This document shows positions 1-8,767 of a DNA stretch of 64,000 nt, piece after piece. The notes under the pieces are model-generated. The model made no database searches, was not told the DNA's origin, and saw nothing but the letters and a program-made list of their open reading frames with translations. The DNA is from Nitrospirota bacterium. Lineage in GTDB: Bacteria > Nitrospirota > UBA9217. Both the position numbers and the translations under genes were made by a program. The DNA lies in NCBI GenBank assembly GCA_963737155.1, contig CAVTRN010000002.1:256001-320000 (forward strand), read 5' to 3'. Position 1 is the stretch's first letter. Each line of letters opens with the position of its first letter.

Positions 1-715
1 TGATGGCAGGAAGAATCTCCTCCTTCAGCTTTTTTTTGTTCCCGATAAAATTGTCATCAACAAAGAAGACCTGGCCTCTGAACCCTGATGCGTAAACACT
101 TTCGAGCTCCCTGATGATCTGGTCTTTACCTTTTGTGCGCGGTTTGCGGCCGCAGAGCAGGGTAATGTCACAAAACTCACAGTTGAAGGGGCAGCCTCGG
201 GAATACTGGATATTGATTGAGGCATAGCGCTTCATATTGATGAGCCCCCAGAGCGGGATGGGCGTATCCTGTATGTTGGCCCACTGATCAGTGGTATAGA
301 AATGGCCTGCGGCTCCATTCCGGAGATCTTCCAGAAAAAGGGGCATGGTGATTTCGGCCTCGTTCAGCACCAGATGGTCTACATCCCCGAACGTCTCATA
401 TTCGGTCGTGAAAAGAGGACCGCCGGCGACAACTCTGACGCCGGCTGCCTTGCATCTCGCAATCACTCCTTTCGCCGATTCCTTCTGGACAGACATCGCG
501 CTCACAAAGACGAGATCAGCCCATTTCAGGTCGTCGTCATGCAGTCTTTCCACATTCATATCGACCATTTTTTTCCCCCACTCTTCAGGAAACATCGCTG
601 CAATGGTCAATAAACCGAGGGGTGGACTGCTCGCCTTTCTGTGAATGAATTTCAGGGCATACCTGAAACTCCAGAAGGTGTCAGGGAATTCGGGATAAAT
701 GAGCAGTGCTTTCAA
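1..715 (-). CDS. B12-binding domain radical SAM protein (DUF4070/HpnP-like family), 3' end outside the window
   Basis: Not in the ORF track; translated by hand from TTG at 715, with a GGAGG RBS at 721-725: MKALLIYPEFPDTFWSF...PPLGLLTIAA...VAGGP...SRGCPFNCEFCDI...FFVDDNFIGNK. Cobalamin-binding N-domain plus CxxxCxxC motif. Confidence 0.9.
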   Translation of the reverse strand, partial: MKALLIYPEFPDTFWSFRYALKFIHRKASSPPLGLLTIAAMFPEEWGKKMVDMNVERLHDDDLKWADLVFVSAMSVQKESAKGVIARCKAAGVRVVAGGPLFTTEYETFGDVDHLVLNEAEITMPLFLEDLRNGAAGHFYTTDQWANIQDTPIPLWGLINMKRYASINIQYSRGCPFNCEFCDITLLCGRKPRTKGKDQIIRELESVYASGFRGQVFFVDDNFIGNKKKLKEEILPAI

Positions 716-1285
716 TGAACCCTCCTATCCATCTATTTGTTCTCTCTCGCTTGAAGAGGCTCTTCATGGATTTATATACCACTGATTCCTCTGGTCTTTG
801 TTATAAGTCGTTCCTCGGTCACTCAGCTATTCACAAAATCCTGCAGCCATCCATAGCGCCTGTCCCGGCTGGATTGAAGGAAAATATAATGACAGAAAAT
901 AAGAATATCGAGAATGGCCTCGTTGATTTTATGGTCTCTAACTTTCTCGAATGATTAATTAAAGCCTGATTACCTCTGAAGTCGTAACAATCAGCAACTC
1001 TATATTAGAATAGCAGGTTTTTACAGAGATGTTGGTGCCTAAAAGATAAAGCGGAAATACTTTTCGCCCTTGAAGAAATATCGAAGGTTTCCAAGATTGG
1101 CAACTCGAGCGCCTCAGGAAAATATTTCTGTGGAAGTTACGAGTTGAAACTTAGAATATCGACATGGCTCTGCTTTTCACATGTATAGGAAGCATTCTGT
1201 AATTTCAGGAAAATATAATTGTCACGGGCTACAGCTCGTATTATGTAGTTGACTCACGAGACCGCTAATATGACATGTGGCCTTA

Positions 1286-1951
1286 TCACTCTTGTCTCTG
1301 GATATTTTGGGGTGTATTAACAGCAGGTGAGTTTATTTTCGAGGTCACCTCATACATTTCCAACTTATCAGAGGGGTAGGGTTTTAACATCTTGATCAGC
1401 AAGGAGGGATCCACTATATCGTTACGTAACCAGTCCGCATACTCATCATCAGGTAGGATTACCGGCATTCGACCATGTATTGGCCTGATAAGATCATTCG
1501 ACTCTGTTGTGATAATTGTATTAGTACAGATTTCTTCACCATCGGGTGATATCCACTTATTATAGAGCCCCGCCATTGCAAATGGCTGCTCAGATTTCAG
1601 ACGAATGAGATAGGGTTTCTTGATTTTACCCTCTTTTTTCCATTCAAAGAAGCCGTCCGCTAGTACGAGGCATCGTTGCTTTTGAAAAGCCGTCTTGAAA
1701 CTTGGTTTTTCTGCCACTGATTCAGCCCGAGCGTTAATCATCTTGTAGCCATCGGAGATATCCTTGGCCCAGGAGGGAAGGAAGCCCCATCGTGACTTTA
1801 TCAGCTGCCGTTTCCCCTTGTCTATGGCTATGATAATATCTTGGCTCGGTGCGACGTTATAACTGGGTTTGTAATCGATATTCCATTCGACAATTCCAAA
1901 TAACTTTGCAATGATCTCGATGGCGCTATGGATTTCGAATCTTCCGCACAT
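1286..1951 (-). CDS. yedK: SOS response-associated peptidase (SRAP/HMCES family, abasic-site protection)
   Basis: N-terminal MCGRF with catalytic Cys2, INARAE, GFFEW and HGRMPVIL motifs. Confidence 0.95.
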   Translation of the reverse strand: MCGRFEIHSAIEIIAKLFGIVEWNIDYKPSYNVAPSQDIIIAIDKGKRQLIKSRWGFLPSWAKDISDGYKMINARAESVAEKPSFKTAFQKQRCLVLADGFFEWKKEGKIKKPYLIRLKSEQPFAMAGLYNKWISPDGEEICTNTIITTESNDLIRPIHGRMPVILPDDEYADWLRNDIVDPSLLIKMLKPYPSDKLEMYEVTSKINSPAVNTPQNIQRQE

Positions 1952-1988
1952 GGCTTATCCCCAATAAAAGCATTGGAAAAAGATCACA

Positions 1989-2531
1989 TTACCGTCCTTC
2001 ATATGTCGAGCTATGTCCTCGATGCATAAACCAGTTATCTCTATAGATTTTCGCTAGATCTTTTGATTGAATGACTATCAGATTCTCTGCATTATTGTAT
2101 TCTGCGGCTTTCGTGAAATTGAAACTGCCGGTTACCACAATATCCTCGTCTATGATCATTGTCTTGTTGTGGGCAATTGCATGTTCAGCGTCAATAAAAG
2201 TAGGGATCCCCATATGGGCTGTGAAGTCCGCGGACGAATAGTTGCCTTTATGATTCCTAATAGATTTGTCAAGAATGATTTCGACATGAACACCCCTCTT
2301 ATGGGCATCGACAAGAGACTTAGCGATATCTCTTGATGTGAAGGAGTATGCCTGGACGAGTACTTCAGACTTTGCTTTGTTGAGAGCAGCTACTATCGCT
2401 TCAGTACAGCCTCCCCGAGGGCTAAAATATACTTGCATAGGGGCATTGGTGAGCGTAAGGTCTTTTGTGAATCCGGTAATGGGAAGAGAGAGTATAAGCA
2501 GAAGCAGAATGAGTTTTGATTTCATTGTCAT
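1989..2531 (-). CDS. Secreted phospholipase D-family nuclease (Nuc-like, single HKD motif)
   Basis: Signal peptide; YFSPRGGC, AYSFT, HNKTMIID and TGSFNFT..A...NAEN motifs. Confidence 0.92.
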   Translation of the reverse strand: MTMKSKLILLLLILSLPITGFTKDLTLTNAPMQVYFSPRGGCTEAIVAALNKAKSEVLVQAYSFTSRDIAKSLVDAHKRGVHVEIILDKSIRNHKGNYSSADFTAHMGIPTFIDAEHAIAHNKTMIIDEDIVVTGSFNFTKAAEYNNAENLIVIQSKDLAKIYRDNWFMHRGHSSTYEGR

Positions 2532-2716
2532 TTCCCCGTAATAAAGAACCTTACTATTCTACCTAGAATAGTTATGCCCACGGCAATGCCTATAACTATC
2601 GCAAGAAAAATAGCAAAATAGAGAGCCAACTTGAAGACCAGATAAAACAGCGGGAATAAAACTACGCACAATACTATCGTCAGGCAACCGGTGGCAAAAT
2701 CTTTTTTTTCTAACAT
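2528..2716 (-). CDS. Small two-TM membrane protein overlapping the PLD nuclease start
   Basis: 62-aa hydrophobic ORF with a 4-nt overlap. A homologous copy at 55870-56043 supports it being a real gene. Confidence 0.7.
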   Translation of the reverse strand: MLEKKDFATGCLTIVLCVVLFPLFYLVFKLALYFAIFLAIVIGIAVGITILGRIVRFFITGK

Positions 2717-3017
2717 GAGGTAGCTTGTCCTTTTCCTTTTTATATGGAGCCTATTGCAGATTATAACAGAAGAGGGCTGATGAAAGAAGAGGTAGTATTA
2801 CTTGGCAGCAAATACCAGGTTAGAATGAACGCGTCTGATAAAGTTTCACATATTCTCGATAAACGTCAAGAAGTCAGGTCTAAACGCATAGATCAGCGCA
2901 GATGAATGTCAAAAGGAGAAGTAAGCTTCCCAGTCGACCATGCATGTCTGCTGATGTGAACGGCTGCATCAAGAAAATATCTCTTTGAGCCGGTGCCGTT
3001 CAAAAGATAGAGAGATC

Positions 3018-3311
3018 TTATTTTGGAACCCTATCACACCATGTTCGCTTTTCACATTTAGGACAATAGAGAGATTTGCGATTAAAGCCTCCGCTGATCC
3101 CTGTAAGGTTCTGAAACATGGAAGTGGAAAAAGTTGTACCGCATGTACTACAGCGCCATTTAAACGTGATGGAATTCCAGTAATTGAAAGCAAGAAGTCC
3201 TGATATGGCGCAAAAAATGCCCAACAAAAGGGGCGTAGGCTCAAAAATCAAAAGGAGTACACCGGTGATAAATAAAACTATGCTTACCACAAAATAAAAA
3301 AGATTCTTCAC
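3018..3311 (-). CDS. Small membrane protein with C-terminal zinc ribbon
   Basis: Two TM segments followed by CSTC...CPKC. Confidence 0.65.
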   Translation of the reverse strand: MKNLFYFVVSIVLFITGVLLLIFEPTPLLLGIFCAISGLLAFNYWNSITFKWRCSTCGTTFSTSMFQNLTGISGGFNRKSLYCPKCEKRTWCDRVPK

Positions 3312-3326
3312 GATTTTATCCTAGTC

Positions 3327-3512
3327 TCATGTCTTCCTGATATAAGCATTCAAGCCGATAATCACCGGCTTGCCATCAATTTTCACATCTGTTTCTTTGT
3401 TTCCCCTCGTACTTGCAACCACAAGTGTTTTCCCCGATGCGCTTGGCGTCGGTGTTTCAAGGTCAGCTGTGATGATGAGTTTATTACCTTCGATTTTTGC
3501 GGTGATTGACAT
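3327..3512 (-). CDS. Conserved 61-aa hypothetical protein (SASGKTLVVASTRGN motif)
   Basis: GGAGG RBS before ATG at 3512 and a TG-n-TATAAT promoter near 3541-3549. Two degraded copies elsewhere in the window. Confidence 0.8.
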   Translation of the reverse strand: MSITAKIEGNKLIITADLETPTPSASGKTLVVASTRGNKETDVKIDGKPVIIGLNAYIRKT

Positions 3513-3673
3513 GGGAACCTCCGATATTGAGATGGGGGACATTATATCAAAGTAAATACACGAGAGTGAATTAAATTCTAGTGGTTACGAGATGGAATTT
3601 GCTCATGTGCATCGTGCTTTAGGGCGTCGGTTTCAACGCAACCGCTGTGACAACCTTCCGGTAATTATCTTGG

Positions 3674-4507
3674 TTAAGGCTTGTAATACATGAGTTCCCG
3701 AGCAAAAGGGGATACGTCATGGATGAGCTTCTTTTGTTCCTCCGCGGTCATGGGCTTGAATGAATGGGCAAATTCTATATTCTGCTCGAGTTGTTCGATG
3801 TCGTCGCAGCCGATGACAACGTTTGTTACAGGCTGGGAGAGGGCATAGTGCAGGAAGGGCTCCATACTGATGTACCACGGCAGGCGAGAGGCAAATCCGC
3901 GCAAGTAGACTTTCATGCCGATGATTCCCATGTTTTTCTCACGAGCCAGAGGCAGGACGGCCTCGATAAAACTGTTGTGCTTCTGTTCCGCGGGATTTAC
4001 CGGCATCAATACCGTATCGAAATCGAACGATTTGATGCATTGTCTTATTACCGAGGGATCTTGATGGCCTGTGATGCCAATGAAACGGGTTTTCCCCTGT
4101 TGCTTTGCTTCGACAAAGGCCTCGATAGCGCCACCGGGACCGAAAATTTCTGCAATATCCTCTTCCTCCCTCACGTCGTGTACCTGCCAAAGATCCAAAT
4201 GGTCGGTCCGCATGTTCGTTAGAGTCTCATGCAGATGGGCAAGCGCGCCTTTTTTGCTCCGGCTATGAGATTTGCTCGTAAGGAATATATCCTTCCTCCG
4301 CTCGCCGAGAGCTTTCCCGTAATAGGCTTCGCTTCCCGAGTAAGCCCTTGCCGATTCACAGTAGGTGATGCCCAAATCCAGGGCCCGGTTGATCAATGTG
4401 CGGGCTTCTTTCTCCCGTCCGACGGTTCTGAGGACGCCCTCACCGCCAAGGCCTAGGATAGTGACGTGCTGCCCGGTTTTGCCTAAGATTCGAGTACGTA
4501 GGGACAT
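3674..4507 (-). CDS. Aldo/keto reductase
   Basis: LGKTG..VTILGLGG, ESARAY..SE, FLTSK, DHLDLWQVH, RFIGITGH and GIIGMK motifs. Confidence 0.93.
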   Translation of the reverse strand: MSLRTRILGKTGQHVTILGLGGEGVLRTVGREKEARTLINRALDLGITYCESARAYSGSEAYYGKALGERRKDIFLTSKSHSRSKKGALAHLHETLTNMRTDHLDLWQVHDVREEEDIAEIFGPGGAIEAFVEAKQQGKTRFIGITGHQDPSVIRQCIKSFDFDTVLMPVNPAEQKHNSFIEAVLPLAREKNMGIIGMKVYLRGFASRLPWYISMEPFLHYALSQPVTNVVIGCDDIEQLEQNIEFAHSFKPMTAEEQKKLIHDVSPFARELMYYKP

Positions 4508-4946
4508 GACGAAATTATATCACAGCCAGTCGTTTAATGAATGCTTCCTTCGTTTTGATCTATGTTGACAAATCCGAGGAACAATAGCGCATAGAATAAA
4601 ACACAATCTCAAGCTGAGGGAGATCCAAGTAAATGCAACATGACGACTATTAGCCAAGCACATGACGCATCGATACAGCGGAGAATAAAAGAGCTCATCA
4701 TGTTCATAACTCGAGAGCCATTGGTTCAAGATGGCCCTTGCTAAAAATTTATTATGGGTGCAGTTTCACTGCAGCTTTTGTCTTCTCTCCTTTATAATCC
4801 TCGTCCGATGTCTCTGCCACCGAACTAGGCATTCATAGCTTAAATCTGCAGCTATATCTGACTCTAAACCACCCGCTGATTTGCTTGCGTTTTTACTTGA
4901 ATTGTCCTATTCTCAATATATACTTACTTCTTATTCTAAAGGACTT

Positions 4947-5363
4947 ATGAAAAAACAAGTGGAGTATTTGCAGAAGTTGTTTTACGATATTTGGAATGAT
5001 TTTGGAAGCGTCTATCTCATCGTGAAATATTCGAGCAATACAAGTATCGGAAAACGTGGCTTTTCTGAAGAAGAGATGAAAAAAGGACTGGTTCTTGTTT
5101 TTAATAATAAGACCAACAATAAATTGGACTGGGATGCTGAGGGAAATGTCACTTGCCTTCTCGCTTTTGGCACCCGGAAAGAAGACATATATATTCATCA
5201 CGATGACTTGATGGGAGTGTTTTCACCGGAGGCCGGAGTTCAGTTTGTGAGAAACGATATAAGCAAAGAACCTGCGGCATCGCCCGATAAGGGCGCCGTG
5301 CACGATGATAAAAAACAGGTTATTTCGATGAGCAATTTCAAGAAGCGAAAGACGCGCGATTAG
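4947..5363 (+). CDS. SspB-like ClpXP adaptor (putative)
   Basis: LVLVF...LDWD..G.VTCLLAFG...IYI......GVFSPEAGVQF core, a flexible linker and a C-terminal VISMSNFKKRK resembling the alphaproteobacterial SspB ClpX-binding tail. Confidence 0.6.
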   Translation: MKKQVEYLQKLFYDIWNDFGSVYLIVKYSSNTSIGKRGFSEEEMKKGLVLVFNNKTNNKLDWDAEGNVTCLLAFGTRKEDIYIHHDDLMGVFSPEAGVQFVRNDISKEPAASPDKGAVHDDKKQVISMSNFKKRKTRD

Positions 5364-5431
5364 CATTGACCGGTAAAGGTGGAGTATTTTTGTTTTTTTA
5401 AATATTCACTTTAATCATTGGTATATATTCG

Positions 5432-5812
5432 ATGTCCTATAACACAAAATTGGAAGAGAAGATCGACGCTGCAGTCAATCGCTGGCAGAACGTGGAAAAG
5501 AAGAAGCTTTTCGGCGGCGTTTGCTACCTGCTTAAGGGCAATATGGCGTTCGGCATCCACCAGGACTTCTTGATCGTGCGCATGGACAAGGAGCTGGGGC
5601 GGCAAAGCCTTAAGGACGCTCATGTGCAGCCTTTTGCCATCACTGGAAAACCCATGGCTGGATGGGTCATGGTCAAGGAATCGGGATGGAAGAGCCCGGC
5701 GACGCTAAGAGAATGGATCGATGTTGGCAAGCAGTTTGCTCTATCGTTGCCGGAGAAGAAAGGGAAGGCGAAGACAAAGAAGACGAAGACATTGAAGGAA
5801 TATAAAGCTTGA
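5432..5812 (+). CDS. TfoX/Sxy N-terminal domain protein
   Basis: EKKKLFGGVCYLLKGNM, LIVR, PF..TGKPMAGWVMV and LREWI...FALSLPEK motifs. Confidence 0.88.
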   Translation: MSYNTKLEEKIDAAVNRWQNVEKKKLFGGVCYLLKGNMAFGIHQDFLIVRMDKELGRQSLKDAHVQPFAITGKPMAGWVMVKESGWKSPATLREWIDVGKQFALSLPEKKGKAKTKKTKTLKEYKA

Positions 5813-5828
5813 ATCTATCACTGTTGAA

Positions 5829-6161
5829 ATGCTGATCTCCGACAGCTTAATCGGGTATGAATCTATGATGGCGCTAAATCCAAGTCAGGTGATGGAGATA
5901 TTTTCTCGTTATGCAGTATTGTTTATTCTGGGTGGTGTCGTTTTCTTCTGTGTCTGGCTAATCACGATAATAGATATTGTAGGCGGTGATTTTAAAAATA
6001 ACGCCGATAAAATCATATGGTTCTTTTTCGCTGTCTTAATCCCACCAATAGCGATTATGCTTTATTGCTTCATCGGCAGAGCACAAAAGACAGCTTCAGG
6101 TGTTGAACACAAGCGACATCGATCACAGGTGAGATATAGGGATATCGGGCGAGATGAGTGA
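5829..6161 (+). CDS. PLDc_N-like small membrane protein
   Basis: WLITIIDIV...FKNNADKIIWFFFAVLIPPIA..LY.FIGR pattern. Start codon uncertain. Confidence 0.75.
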   Translation: MLISDSLIGYESMMALNPSQVMEIFSRYAVLFILGGVVFFCVWLITIIDIVGGDFKNNADKIIWFFFAVLIPPIAIMLYCFIGRAQKTASGVEHKRHRSQVRYRDIGRDE

Positions 6162-6799
6162 ACTTTCCATCATATTTGATGCTTACATGAGGAGAATTAG
6201 TAATTTGCTTCGCGGCCTTCATGTCCAGAAGAATCGGTTGGAAATTCAGAAGGTTTCAGAAATGTACGATATCGCGTTGTAACAAGCCATCCAAACCCTG
6301 AAACCTGAACTTCATTCTATAAACTAACGCAATTGTTGCTGCCTATTCTCTCCTGATCAAATTCCCAGGCACTACTAGACCACTCCAACCGTGTCACTAT
6401 ACGTGAATGCCGCTGTTCGAGATTTCATCGAATCCCGATTTTTATTCCGGTGATATACTTATATAAAGTAGATTCCTCAGTACACTGACATGGAAAAGAC
6501 CTTGATTTGAGATATAATTGTGACATAAGACAGGCGGAGAAATAAACTGGCAGCCGAATATGTTGGAATGTCGAATGTTAAGCGTGTCAAGAAAGGGATG
6601 ACCCTACAAAAAATGGCACGATCAAGGATCTTACGCGACCTCGCAGGTTAAAATGGCGCTGGTTCTTCTCGTTTGGCCAAGCACGCAACTAATGCTGGAT
6701 GGTGTATTGAAATTGTATCTTATTATGTGAAACAATAACGTTGAATATACGGGAAATCGGAAAACAACTACATAACAGAGGGAAAAAAAGGAGGGCTAT

Positions 6800-7156
6800 A
6801 TGAGGCACACATCCAGAATTGGGATTATTGTTTTCGCAATGGTCACAGCAATAGCCACGGCATGCACAACTGCCCCTCTACGTATAGAGGGGTCTTCATC
6901 TGAAATCCGTGCCGCTGAAGAGGCAGGGGCGGCTAAAGTACCTAAGGCCTCTCTCTATTTGCAACTTGCCAAGGAGGAACAGGAACGCGCTAATGGGCTG
7001 GCCGCAAAAGGTGAGAAAGAGAAGGCCATGTCGATGCTGTCGCGGTCCAACGCTGACGCTGACCTGGCTGTCGCACTCTCTCGCGAGGACGCTGAAAGAT
7101 CAGAGGAGCGAGCAGCAGTAGAGCGTGTGCGCCAACTTCGGCAAGACAACCCATGA
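6800..7156 (+). CDS. DUF4398 family lipoprotein
   Basis: Lipobox ATAC; IRAAEEAGA...P.A.LYLQLAKE...RSNADADLA motif; GGAGG RBS. Confidence 0.85.
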   Translation: MRHTSRIGIIVFAMVTAIATACTTAPLRIEGSSSEIRAAEEAGAAKVPKASLYLQLAKEEQERANGLAAKGEKEKAMSMLSRSNADADLAVALSREDAERSEERAAVERVRQLRQDNP

Positions 7157-7184
7157 CTTATTCATGACTTAAAAGGAGGCTTTC

Positions 7185-8063
7185 ATGAAAACGATACAAT
7201 TATTTCCCCTAGCCGCTCTCATCACGCTCTTCGTAGGTTGCGCAACGCCTAAGCCGCCAGTTGAACTCGTCGACGCTCGTACGGCCTACCAACGCGCAAG
7301 CGAGGGCCCGGCGGAGCAACTCGTGCCTGCGGAATTACACAGGGCGCATGAGGCACTCGACCTTGCGGAACAGTCATTCCGGAAGGAACCCGACTCGTTC
7401 AAAACTAAAGATCTCGCTTACGTCGCCCAGCGCAGGGCTGAACTGGCGGAAACGCTTGCCGCAATAGCCGCCGACGAGGCAGACAAGGACAAAGCGAACG
7501 CTGATTTCGAGAAGCAACAAGCCGAAATAGTAAAGAAGAAGCAGCAGGACTTGATCGAAGCTGAGAAGCGGACGACTGAAACGCTTGCCGCAATGGAAGT
7601 AGAAAAGGCGAATAAGGAAAAAGCGGATGCTGAAATGAAGGCGGCAGCCGCGCAGGCAGAACTCTCCAAACTCGCTGATGTCAGAGAAGAGGAGCGTGGA
7701 CTGGTCGTCATGCTCTCCGGGAGCGTTCTCTTTCGTTCAAACGAGTCGACCTTGTTGCCAACCGCAGTTGCGAAGCTTGATCAAATGGCCAAAGCGATGC
7801 TGGCAGTTGGCGAACGCAACCTCATTGTGGAGGGTTACACCGATTCACGGGGCTCCGATTCATACAACCAAGAGCTCTCGCAACGTCGGGCCGATGCAGT
7901 CCGCGATTACCTCGTGGAGAGAGGCTACCCGGCTGACCGTATCCAGGCACTCGGAAAGGGTAAGAGCAGCCCGATCGCCGACAACAGTTCAGCAGAGGGA
8001 CGCGCAAACAACCGACGCGTCGAGATCATCATCGAGCGTGAATCGCCGTCATCCAAACCGTAG
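7185..8063 (+). CDS. DUF4398 + OmpA-like peptidoglycan-binding lipoprotein
   Basis: Lipobox FVGC, coiled coil, VEGYTDSRG...NQELSQRRA...NRRVEI. Confidence 0.92.
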   Translation: MKTIQLFPLAALITLFVGCATPKPPVELVDARTAYQRASEGPAEQLVPAELHRAHEALDLAEQSFRKEPDSFKTKDLAYVAQRRAELAETLAAIAADEADKDKANADFEKQQAEIVKKKQQDLIEAEKRTTETLAAMEVEKANKEKADAEMKAAAAQAELSKLADVREEERGLVVMLSGSVLFRSNESTLLPTAVAKLDQMAKAMLAVGERNLIVEGYTDSRGSDSYNQELSQRRADAVRDYLVERGYPADRIQALGKGKSSPIADNSSAEGRANNRRVEIIIERESPSSKP

Positions 8064-8273
8064 TCCGAAAAGAGGAATTACCTAATCCCGGCTTAAGCCG
8101 AATGAACATGCAATCGTCACCAGGAGGCATTTATCATAGAGCACCACAATGAATATCCAAGGGAGCACAAGAATATCACACAGGACAGGGTTTGCGTGGT
8201 TATGTACCTTCCCTGTGGAGCACCGGGTGCATTTTTGGTAAAGAGCGTCATTGTGTCGCCATGATGTATTTCT

Positions 8274-8454
8274 ATGCTAATTTCGGAAAAAGCCATTACG
8301 TTGCTCGAAGGGCATGCTTCAGAGGATGAACTTAGGACAGTTGATGCGCTCGCTGTAGCAACGGCGCTCTGGGAAGACGATATTCTCGTGAGCGCGAACT
8401 ATAAGCACTATAAAAAAAATAGCCTGACTCGATGTGAGCAAATTTGAACCCTGA
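8274..8454 (+). pseudogene. vapC: C-terminal fragment of a VapC/PIN toxin
   Basis: ISEKAITLLE...DALAVATAL....LVSANYKHYKK, then a frameshift in an A-run and a stop before LDVSKFEP. The N-terminal half is absent. Confidence 0.65.
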
Positions 8455-8767
8455 GACAGTACAAACGGGGACCCGCATGACAGAGGAATATACGCAAAAG
8501 TCTCAATTTTTAGCACGTAGGGCACTTTAGTGACGTGTTCCTGGTTCGTGTGCTACCCGACGTCCCTTGAGAACCGGTGATCAACGAAATTGAAGCCCGT
8601 GTTAGTCTTAATCGATTGGCGAGATTAAAGCTTGGCCGCTCGCTCCGATAAAATATGACTCGTACTTCACACGTTAATCCTATTGGGCGGAAGCCACTCA
8701 TTATTTGATGACTTTCCGCTCCTTCCGTCCCGTCGGGCAATTAGATTATCGTAAAGCGGTGAATTGC

